Positions 25,650 to 35,025 of a stretch of DNA of 64,000 nucleotides are shown here, piece by piece. The notes under the pieces are model-generated. The model ran no database searches, was not told where the DNA came from, and worked only from the letters and a program-made list of their open reading frames with translations. Made by a program: the position numbers and the translations under genes. This stretch comes from Anaerolineales bacterium. Lineage in GTDB: Bacteria; Chloroflexota; Anaerolineae; Anaerolineales; UBA11579. The stretch lies in contig DATDRZ010000085.1 of assembly GCA_035291465.1 (NCBI GenBank), positions 20,927 through 84,926 of the forward strand. The letters run 5' to 3'. Every line of letters begins with the position of its first letter. The first letter of the stretch is position 1.

Positions 25650-27956
25650 TTAGACAGAACGGGGTTTGCGGGAAAATGAGTGTCGAGCAATCTGCTCCAA
25701 CAGGGGCCAGCGAATCGGCGTTCCGCGCACATAATCCTCAGGCGCCCAGTAGACGCCTTGATTCTTAAGCCAAGCCGATAGCACATCTTTTGGCACCCCG
25801 AGCGGTGACAAGACCTCGTCGGCGGCCCTCACCAGCTGCTCGCAGTACCAGTCCGTGTCCAGGTCTACTCGTTGGTCTGCGCGCACCAGATGCCAGGAAA
25901 GTGAATGTGGTGCATTGGTCACACGCAGGAATTCCACACTTTGCCCGGCGCGGACTATCTTGCCCTCCGCCTCCAGTTGACGGGCAGCCGCGCTGGCAGG
26001 GGAGATGACTCTGAAATCTTCGATATCTCGGCTCAAAGTTTGGGAAATTACTAACTTCTCAAGGGGTACTTCTTGGTTGGCGATTTTTGAGTAGTGCGAC
26101 TTAAAGAAATTAACTAAGCGGGGAATGAGCGTACGCAGTCCATCCAGATCGGCCTTCGCAGCCATCACCCGAATCGCCTTCATTTGCACGTCGGCAATAT
26201 ACAAAGGGGTGTCACCGCGGCGAGCCATGATGCCCCGGCACTTCAGCTCTCCGTTTTCAAAGACGCCGAAATAGCAATTGGGCACGGGCACGGCCTCGTT
26301 TTGCTTCGAGGGCAAGAACGCGATCCAATGTAACACGCCCTCAAGATCTACCTTGAGGCCAGTGCGATTTTTGATCTCGGCCAACAAATCGTCTAATTGC
26401 GCTTGACTGTGCCCGTCTACGCGTGCAAACAGGCTGTCTACATAGACATGCAATACCTCGAAGCCGGCGTCCTCGGCGGCCTCTTTCGCGTGCAAGATCA
26501 CATCGCGGCTGACGGCGTTGATCGCCTCGTGAGCTTCGATGCTGCCAATGCGGTTGCCGCTGAAACCCTGGTAGCCGTAAGAAACCCAGCCAAGACCCTT
26601 GAGGAATTCGTACGCAGTCTGAAGGTATTCCTTGTCATAGCCCAGGGTGTTGCCAGCTTCTAACAGGTCTTTGGCCGCAGCGCGTTTGGCCAGGATCGGC
26701 CTGAGCACCTCCGCCACAATGCCGGGTCGATCCTGATCAATCGGCGCACCAATGCCGGGCGCTATTCGGTTATTCGCTCCCACCGCGCCCACGGTTTCCG
26801 CCGAGATGTTCCAGCCGGTCATGATGTGCGGGTACATGGAAAAAAAGTCGATCTCTGCGACGTTGGCATGCAGGCCGGTGATCGGCTTGAAGATGACGCC
26901 GCCATTATCGGCGGCGATCATTTGGGTGGCGCTCTTGAAGCGTTCACGCTGTTCTTTGCGGATCGGGATCAGAATGCCTTTTTCCAGTGAGGCGGTTACC
27001 TGCATGCCTACGAAAGCGCCGCCCGCGCTGCGCCGGGCAGCATTCTGGATGGGCAGATTGCTTAAGCGCGCAGTTTCGAAGGTGCCGCCGGACCCCCAAT
27101 CCTTGAAGGCCATGGAGTTCTGCGGGTCGAGGTGCAGGCGCCCGAAAAGCAGGGTTTGCTGGTCACGATGCACCAGCCTGCCATAGCTTTCGAATTGGTT
27201 GGCTTCCACTCGCAGGGGCGGGCGGGTCTTGTCGCGGTTGGGATTGAACGGTATATGCGCTGCCTTCGCAGTGGAGAACAAATAAGGAAACATCCACGCA
27301 TCTCCATAACGAGTGCGAATGATGTCGGGATCGTACAGTTCAACCCACTCCGCGAAACGCCTCACCAGGCCAGGCGGGTCTTTCGTGCCAAGAGTTTCTG
27401 TTTTATTCCCAAAGCTGACGCGAAGGGAGGGAGGCAGAGACTTGTAGGGTGAGCCGGTGGGTTCCACTTCCAACGTACGCAGCTCAGGCAGACGGGGTTT
27501 TAAGCTCCACTTGTTGTCCTGGGTCGCAATTTTCGTAATTCGATTTTGTCCGTCGGCCCACAGTTTCGAAAAGGCAAGCGGAAATGTTTTGGTGGCGACG
27601 AAGTAGTGAACCGGCAAGGCCAGATCGGCATTGTAGTAATCCAAGCCGGGGAATAAACCGTGCAGCTTGCGAAATATTGATCGTTGCACTGCGCCGTTGG
27701 GAACCGTGATGGCCACCACGTCAATGTCGCCGTGAAAGAGGTGCTTGCGCTTCACTGTTTGGAACTGGAGCCGGCCCTTTTTTAAATATCCGCAAAGATC
27801 AGTCAGCTCATGTTGATCGCCAGCTATGTAGAAGGCAATCGACAGGTCCTGCACGAAACGCAAGCGGCGCCCATCTTCGCAAACCAACCAGACAACCGCG
27901 CCCTTACCCTTGTCGGCGTAAACGTCCAGTATCCAGCCTGAATATTCAGTGGCCAT
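25650..27956 (-). CDS. Family-B DNA polymerase (archaeal-type architecture) with degenerate 3'-5' exonuclease motifs
   Basis: 768 aa from ATG 27956; the track start at 28187 overlaps the upstream gene in another frame. N-terminal WILDVYADKG...FYIAG. Motif A DFFSMYPH. Motif B region KGLGWVSYGYQG. Motif C reads YVDS instead of DTDS. KxY region CRGIMARRGD. ExoI reads LEVE instead of FDIE. ExoII reads YGDAWMFPYL instead of NGxxFDxPYL. No YxxxD ExoIII segment was found. Confidence 0.85.
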   Translation of the reverse strand: MATEYSGWILDVYADKGKGAVVWLVCEDGRRLRFVQDLSIAFYIAGDQHELTDLCGYLKKGRLQFQTVKRKHLFHGDIDVVAITVPNGAVQRSIFRKLHGLFPGLDYYNADLALPVHYFVATKTFPLAFSKLWADGQNRITKIATQDNKWSLKPRLPELRTLEVEPTGSPYKSLPPSLRVSFGNKTETLGTKDPPGLVRRFAEWVELYDPDIIRTRYGDAWMFPYLFSTAKAAHIPFNPNRDKTRPPLRVEANQFESYGRLVHRDQQTLLFGRLHLDPQNSMAFKDWGSGGTFETARLSNLPIQNAARRSAGGAFVGMQVTASLEKGILIPIRKEQRERFKSATQMIAADNGGVIFKPITGLHANVAEIDFFSMYPHIMTGWNISAETVGAVGANNRIAPGIGAPIDQDRPGIVAEVLRPILAKRAAAKDLLEAGNTLGYDKEYLQTAYEFLKGLGWVSYGYQGFSGNRIGSIEAHEAINAVSRDVILHAKEAAEDAGFEVLHVYVDSLFARVDGHSQAQLDDLLAEIKNRTGLKVDLEGVLHWIAFLPSKQNEAVPVPNCYFGVFENGELKCRGIMARRGDTPLYIADVQMKAIRVMAAKADLDGLRTLIPRLVNFFKSHYSKIANQEVPLEKLVISQTLSRDIEDFRVISPASAAARQLEAEGKIVRAGQSVEFLRVTNAPHSLSWHLVRADQRVDLDTDWYCEQLVRAADEVLSPLGVPKDVLSAWLKNQGVYWAPEDYVRGTPIRWPLLEQIARHSFSRKPRSV

Positions 27957-28302
27957 TTGGGGCGCCCCTAGGCAGGAAGATCTCCGTGCGCAGTTTGCCG
28001 AGTTCTGTGGAAAACTCTTTGCGACTTTTTTCCAGTTCACGCCCGAAGTCCATGCGCTGGTTTTCGATCTCGGCTTCAAGCCGCAATACTTGCTTGTGTT
28101 TTTCCAGTAACAGGGCAAGCAAGAACCCGATGCCAGGCAGCAGGTTAGCAGCATAACCGGCGGCGGGCAGATGTTGGTTGGCTTCATCGAGTAAAGCGTC
28201 TAGCGCCAACTGGTCGGACTTACGCAAGGCCCGTTTGAACGGCTGTACATAGGCCAGGAAGCGCTGATAGTTCTGGGTGACGGTAGAAAGCGTATGGCCC
28301 AT
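27946..28302 (-). CDS. Small helical protein of unknown family (middle gene of the SOS-box cassette)
   Basis: 118 aa. Its start lies 2 nt after the upstream stop and its end overlaps the polB ATG by 11 nt. It has a central hydrophobic stretch (LLPGIGFLLALLL) and a charged heptad-like C-terminal half (LRLEAEIENQRMDFGRELEKSRKEF). Confidence 0.65.
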   Translation of the reverse strand: MGHTLSTVTQNYQRFLAYVQPFKRALRKSDQLALDALLDEANQHLPAAGYAANLLPGIGFLLALLLEKHKQVLRLEAEIENQRMDFGRELEKSRKEFSTELGKLRTEIFLPRGAPNGH

Positions 28303-28304
28303 TT

Positions 28305-28895
28305 CTAGATTCCCGGCAAGGCCGGTTGGATAACCAGGTTGATCTGGTCGAAGGGTTGGAAGTAAAAGCGCTCGTCGGAGTTCTGCTCAACCAGTTTAAG
28401 CAGATCTGGTCGTGCGGGATCGGGATTAGCGCTGATGAGAACCGGTGCGGCCTCGCTAAGCTGATGAATGCGCTTGATGCACTTTTGCAGTAGCAGGGTG
28501 ACTTCCTGGGGCGTCAGGTCCTCTTCGTAGAAGGATTCCAGCATATCGGTGATCACGATGGGCAGGGGGCTGGGCTCCAGCGAGGCGAGCACATCCTTCA
28601 TCTGGTAGCAGGTTTCGGCCCGCGAGACCAGGATACGGTCCATGATCTCGTAGACCCTGCCGACCTGTTCGCCCATTATTAGCGGCAGGTGTTCGAAGGA
28701 GATGCGGTTGCCGCCGACGATTACCTGAACCGCTCCGCGTATCCCCAGGCGGTCGACGAACTCCTGCATGGCGGCGTGCAAAACGTCGGCATCCCCCTGG
28801 AACAGGTACACCGAGCCCTGGCTCAGGGGCACCATCTGGCGCACGCTGGAAAGCGCAAATGGGCCAGGAATTTGGGTGACCGCCGAGCTGCTCAT
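28305..28895 (-). CDS. RecA/RadA/Rad51-fold protein lacking a Walker A P-loop (ImuA-like in logic)
   Basis: 196 aa. RILVSRAETCYQ resembles the Rad51/RadA ARAxNxxHQ segment. A hydrophobic strand plus Asp (LPIVITDMLESFY) sits at the Walker B position. There is no GxxxxGK[ST] anywhere; the equivalent position reads VYLFQGDADVLH. Confidence 0.6.
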   Translation of the reverse strand: MSSSAVTQIPGPFALSSVRQMVPLSQGSVYLFQGDADVLHAAMQEFVDRLGIRGAVQVIVGGNRISFEHLPLIMGEQVGRVYEIMDRILVSRAETCYQMKDVLASLEPSPLPIVITDMLESFYEEDLTPQEVTLLLQKCIKRIHQLSEAAPVLISANPDPARPDLLKLVEQNSDERFYFQPFDQINLVIQPALPGI

Positions 28896-28910
28896 CTCTA
28901 GGGGTTAGAG

Positions 28911-28939
28911 ATGATAATAGAACTTATGTTCTATGTCAA
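28911..28939 (-). promoter_or_regulatory. Sigma-A-type promoter with embedded LexA (Cheo-type) SOS box
   Basis: On the minus strand: TTGACA (28939-28934), a 17-nt spacer, TATCAT (28916-28911). The perfect palindrome GAACATAAGTTC (plus-strand GAACTTATGTTC, 28920-28931) lies within the spacer. The ATG at 28895 is 15 nt downstream of the -10. Confidence 0.7.
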
Positions 28940-29188
28940 GATGGGACTGCTTGACTGGTCCCTGATGCTCAAAGGAGGAGGTCAAGTTGTTGTTCCTGAT
29001 AACAGGGGTGGGGTCGTACATCTTTGACAAACCTCGGACGCTTAGAAGAGCGCTTTTTTCAGCCCGAAGTTGAAGCTGAAAGAGAAACCTTTTAAGATTC
29101 TTTTGTAGTTGAGTCATGATCGCCTCTTTTATCTCCCTCTAGCTAAACCCACATTTGGCAATATAGCAAAAAAAAAAGTTTAGAAGGA

Positions 29189-30313
29189 TCATCCCCCTAG
29201 CACTTCCCTCAACCGATCTAAGAATCCGCTTTCGCGCGGGTGGGCTTCGGTGCCCATAGTGGCGGCGAGCTGCTCGAAGAGCTTGCGCTGTTCGGCGTTC
29301 AGCTTGTTGGGGATGGATACGCTGACCATCACCAACTGGTCGCCACGGCCGGAGCCGCGCAGGTGCGGCACACCCTTGTTGCGCATGCGCAGCACCTTTC
29401 CGGGCTGAACGCCCGTGGGGATGCTGAGCTCGGCGGGCCCGTCGACCGTGGGCACCTCAACGTCCGCGCCCAATGTGGCCTGGGCCACGTTGATGTCCAG
29501 GTCCAGCAAGATGTCGTCATCGCGGCGATGAAAGTATTTGTGCGGGCGCACGTTGAGCGCGATGTATAGATCGCCTTGAGGGCCGCCGTTTAGACCCGGC
29601 TGCCCTTCCCCATTCAGACGCACTTGGGTTCCGGAGTCCACGCCTGCGGGGACAGCCACTTTCTTCTTAACGGTTTTGCGTTCCAAGCCACGACCATTAC
29701 AAACTTTGCAAGGTGAACCGACGATGGTGCCAGTGCCGCGGCAGTTGGGACAGGTGGTCACCTGCACCATGGAGCCGAAGATGGTCTGGCGCGAAGCGCG
29801 CACTTCGCCGCTGCCGCCGCAGGTGGGGCAGGTCGATTTGCTGGTGCCGGGCTCGGCGCCCTCACCATCGCAGCGGGTGCAGACCTCGTCGCGAGTGAAT
29901 TCGACTTCCTTCTCCGCGCCGAAGACGGCTTCTTCGAAATCGAGGGTCAAGTTGTATTGCAGATCTGCGCCACGGCGAGGTGCGTTGCGCTGCTGGCGCC
30001 CGGAGCGGCGACCGAATCCGAAGCCAAAGAGCTCCTCGAAGATGTCGCCCAGATCCACGTTGGTGAAATCGGGCATGCCGCCGAAGCCGTCCAGGCCGGC
30101 ATGGCCGTAGCGATCGAAAGCAGCGCGCTTTTGCGGGTCGGCCAAGACGGCGTAAGCTTCGTTAAGCTCCTTGAACTTTTCTTCAGCATCGTGGGACTTA
30201 TTGACGTCGGGGTGATATTGACGCGCCAAACGCCGGAAAGATGACTTGATCTCTTCCGGCGAGGCGTCGCGATGGACACCCAAAATATCGTAGTAGTCGC
30301 GTTTAGTGGCCAA
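29189..30313 (-). CDS. dnaJ: Molecular chaperone DnaJ
   Basis: 374 aa with J-domain and HPD (YHPDVN), a G/F-rich linker and four CxxCxG repeats. Confidence 0.95.
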   Translation of the reverse strand: MATKRDYYDILGVHRDASPEEIKSSFRRLARQYHPDVNKSHDAEEKFKELNEAYAVLADPQKRAAFDRYGHAGLDGFGGMPDFTNVDLGDIFEELFGFGFGRRSGRQQRNAPRRGADLQYNLTLDFEEAVFGAEKEVEFTRDEVCTRCDGEGAEPGTSKSTCPTCGGSGEVRASRQTIFGSMVQVTTCPNCRGTGTIVGSPCKVCNGRGLERKTVKKKVAVPAGVDSGTQVRLNGEGQPGLNGGPQGDLYIALNVRPHKYFHRRDDDILLDLDINVAQATLGADVEVPTVDGPAELSIPTGVQPGKVLRMRNKGVPHLRGSGRGDQLVMVSVSIPNKLNAEQRKLFEQLAATMGTEAHPRESGFLDRLREVLGG

Positions 30314-30358
30314 AGTGTGAATTAATAAATGGGCGGGTAAAAACCCCGCCCATTTGAA

Positions 30359-32266
<1,908 letters not shown>

Positions 32267-32279
32267 GTTCTCTCCTCAA

Positions 32280-32846
32280 TTACTTCGCAACTTTAACCGC
32301 CGCCGGGCGCAGCACGCGCTCCGCCAGCAGGTAACCCGGCCGCAGCACTTCGATGATCGTGCCGCTTTCGTGGTCGGGGCTATGTTCTTGCGTGACGGCT
32401 TCATGCCTATTCGGATCGAAATGCTCGCCTAGAGGATCCATTCGGGTTAGGCCTTCGCTCTCCAGATAAGCAATCAGCTTCTTATATATCAATTCGATGC
32501 CTTGCGCCCATTCGGCGCCAGCGTCCTCTTTCGGAGCAGTTTTGAGTGCGCGTTCGAGATCGTCGACGACCTCCAAATAGCGCTTGATGACGCGCCCGCG
32601 CACTTCGGCGGTTTGCTGCTCCTGTTCGCGGGCCAGGCGTTTTTTGTAGTTAGCGAACTCCGCCTGGGCGCGCTGCCAGCCGTCCAGATGCTCGGCGGCC
32701 TTGGCTTCAGTCTCGGCGAGCTTTTCTTGGAGAGCGATCAAATCCTTATTGCCATCCGGCGACTGGTCGTCTTTAGTTGCCTCGGCCTCGGCCGCAGCCT
32801 CTTCTGGTTTTTCTTTCTCAATTTCTTTATGTTTATCGCTCATCAT
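32280..32846 (-). CDS. grpE: Nucleotide exchange factor GrpE
   Basis: 188 aa. It has an acidic N-terminus, a coiled coil and a C-terminal beta domain, and sits between hrcA and dnaK. Confidence 0.9.
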   Translation of the reverse strand: MMSDKHKEIEKEKPEEAAAEAEATKDDQSPDGNKDLIALQEKLAETEAKAAEHLDGWQRAQAEFANYKKRLAREQEQQTAEVRGRVIKRYLEVVDDLERALKTAPKEDAGAEWAQGIELIYKKLIAYLESEGLTRMDPLGEHFDPNRHEAVTQEHSPDHESGTIIEVLRPGYLLAERVLRPAAVKVAK

Positions 32847-32856
32847 TCAATAATTC

Positions 32857-33897
32857 CTAATCGTGAGTGTTCAAAGATTCGGTCACCATCTCGCTGAGCA
32901 GGCCAGCCACATAATCCACTGCAGACACAGCTCGTCCATAGGACATGCGAATGGGACCGAGCACGCCCACGTAACCGCTGGCGGCTTCCGGCGCGCCATA
33001 GCGGGCCACCACCAGTGAAAAGTCGTTCAGCTCTTCCCAGCGACCCTCGCCCCCGATGAGCACTTGCACGCCACCGATCTCGGCGCCGGTCATGGTTTGG
33101 GTGAGAAGCGTATCGAGTAGCGGGCGTTCTTCGAGCACGCGCAAAGCGCGCTGGGCCGCGTCGGCATCGCTGAACTCGGGCTCGGCAAGCACGTTGGTCC
33201 AGCCATCGTGATAGACCTCGCCGCCGAGGCCTTGTTCGAGAGCCTGAAACTCGCCTTTGATCAGCTTGAAAATTTCTTCGGCAAGTGTGCCCGTTTCTGC
33301 TGGGGGCGTGGTTAACGTGGAAATGGTAGCGCCGCGCAGATGATCGGTAAGTTGGCTGGCGGAGGCGCTCAGTTTTTCCTGACTGAAAGCTTCTTTGAGC
33401 ACCAGCATCTGCTGGATCACCTGGCCGCTTTCCAGCACCAGCACCATGAGCACCTGGCGACCAGCCGTTAGGATTAGCTCCAGGTGTTTGAAACGCGCTT
33501 GTTGGGATTTCGGCGTAGTAATCAGCGAGGCCGCTTTGGACTGCGCCGCCAGCACCGAGGCTGCCAACCGCATCCATTGCTGTACTTCGTGGCGGGCCTG
33601 GTAGAACTGGTGGCTGATCGTGTGCTTTGTGGATGCAGGCAGTTCCTGCCTATGCATCAACTCGCCGACGAAGAAGCGGAAGCCCTCTTCGGTGGGCACG
33701 CGCCCTGCAGAAGTGAACGGCTGGCGCAGGAAGCCGCTCTCGGTGAGCTCGAGCATTTCGTTGCGCACCGTGGCAGAACTCACATCGAGGCCGAATTGAT
33801 CGACCAGGTGCTTCGAGCCGACGGGTTGGGCATGCTCGACATATTCCTGGACAATTAGTCCGAGGATCAGTTTTTGGCGTTCGCTAAGGCGTTCCAT
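32857..33897 (-). CDS. hrcA: Heat-inducible transcription repressor HrcA
   Basis: 346 aa. N-terminal LSERQKLILGLIVQEYV...PVGSK wHTH. A CIRCE operator lies directly upstream. Confidence 0.9.
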   Translation of the reverse strand: MERLSERQKLILGLIVQEYVEHAQPVGSKHLVDQFGLDVSSATVRNEMLELTESGFLRQPFTSAGRVPTEEGFRFFVGELMHRQELPASTKHTISHQFYQARHEVQQWMRLAASVLAAQSKAASLITTPKSQQARFKHLELILTAGRQVLMVLVLESGQVIQQMLVLKEAFSQEKLSASASQLTDHLRGATISTLTTPPAETGTLAEEIFKLIKGEFQALEQGLGGEVYHDGWTNVLAEPEFSDADAAQRALRVLEERPLLDTLLTQTMTGAEIGGVQVLIGGEGRWEELNDFSLVVARYGAPEAASGYVGVLGPIRMSYGRAVSAVDYVAGLLSEMVTESLNTHD

Positions 33898-33912
33898 GAT
33901 AAGACCTGCGTT

Positions 33913-33983
33913 TTAGCACTCTAAGGTTGAGAGTGCTAAAAAAGTTATCAAATGATTCTAACAAGCGTAGATAGGCTAGTCAA
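33913..33983 (-). promoter_or_regulatory. hrcA operon promoter plus CIRCE operator
   Basis: Perfect CIRCE TTAGCACTC-N9-GAGTGCTAA at 33913-33939. On the minus strand: TTGACT (33983-33978), 17 nt, TAGAAT (33960-33955). Confidence 0.9.
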
Positions 33984-34141
33984 GAAAACGACCGAACAAG
34001 CCAGTGGTTCTAATAAAAGGTTAAGAGAAACCATTCGCGTAGACCGCAGTTAGTCGCCAGTTATGCTTGCAGTCTCTATCGTGTTGCGGCATATAATGGA
34101 GATATCCCTCAAGCCGCCAGTCTCCCGCAAGGAAAGAAATC

Positions 34142-34980
34142 TTGTTGCGTGGAAAAAGTCTGGCGAAATTAGCATGGTGGGGGCTGTTGCTTGTTTCCTT
34201 GGGGGTAATTATTCTTGGGATCCAGGCTGCCCCGGAATCTACCATGTTCTTATCATCGGCCCCTGAGGAGCTTTCGCAAGTCGACTTCTCTCCTCCGGTC
34301 GCTCAGATCCCGGCGTTCACCGCGCTCTTTCTTAGAGTCGTTATGGTGGCAGGCTTCCTGACCGCCTCGCTGATCATCTATTGGCAGCGCTCCGATGATC
34401 GGGCAGCCTTGCTTTTCTCGGCGCTGCTAATGACGGTCGGCGTGACCAATGGTGTCATCAATTACGTGCCCGAGCCCTCCGCGGCGCTCAAGGGGGTTTG
34501 AGATCCTCTCCGATTTCCTTTCCCTGTTGGTCCTGTTCACTTTTCCGGACGGCAGTCTGGTCCCGAGCTGGGCTAGCAGGGTGCTTGCGACCTGGCTCCT
34601 CTGTTTGTTTGCCAACCAGCTCGATCTGCTCCCTGGAGAGGCCACCGAGGATCTCTTCGACCTCGTCTTCCTCGGCAGTGGCCTGTTAGCCATGATTTTT
34701 CGCTATCGAACAACCTATGCGGACAACGCTAGCAGATCAAATGGGTGGTGTTTGGAACCTCGCGTTAGCAGGGTGGGATTGGATGGACTGTATCGAGCCA
34801 GCGTTTCGGGCAAGCCGGCGCTCGTCCGCGGGGAATGGTGGGGACGAGTCCACCTTCCGCATCGAGTACAACGAAGGACCCAGGCTCAACCTTTTGACGT
34901 TCATCATGACGTTTGAAGGAAACCAAATCCAACTGAAAATCACAGGTGTTAGCACTTTTGTGGGGGTGATGGAAGAATAA
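34142..34980 (+). pseudogene. Frameshifted remnant of a membrane sensor-type N-terminal domain
   Basis: Three overlapping ORFs in three frames (34142-34501, 34449-34916, 34717-34980) read as one membrane protein. It includes the segment LFTFPDGSLVPSW...IFRYR, which is common in N-terminal membrane modules of sensor kinases. No kinase or output domain follows. Confidence 0.45.
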
Positions 34981-34995
34981 GGACGGAAGGCGGAC

Positions 34996-35025
34996 AAATA
35001 GCGCAGGCACTTGCCTGCGCTATTT
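34996..35025. terminator. Stem-loop overlapping the stop of the 50-codon ORF
   Basis: AAATAGCGCAGGC-loop-GCCTGCGCTATTT, with A/T-rich runs inside both stem arms. Confidence 0.55.

Noticed and set aside
27957-28187. N-terminal extension of polB from the track start at 28187
   Set aside because: The extension is Cys/Ser/Lys-rich nonsense and overlaps the 118-aa gene in another frame. The PolB N-terminal homology begins at MATEYSGWILDVY (ATG 27956).
28905-29117. 70-aa minus-strand ORF upstream of the cassette
   Set aside because: It overlaps the predicted -35/-10 elements and the SOS box, has no RBS and has an odd composition. It is more likely non-coding promoter or spacer DNA.
32843-33577. 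244-aa minus-strand ORF in an alternative frame of hrcA
   Set aside because: It overlaps hrcA in another frame. The product is extremely Arg/Ala/Gly-rich, whereas the hrcA frame gives a recognisable repressor.
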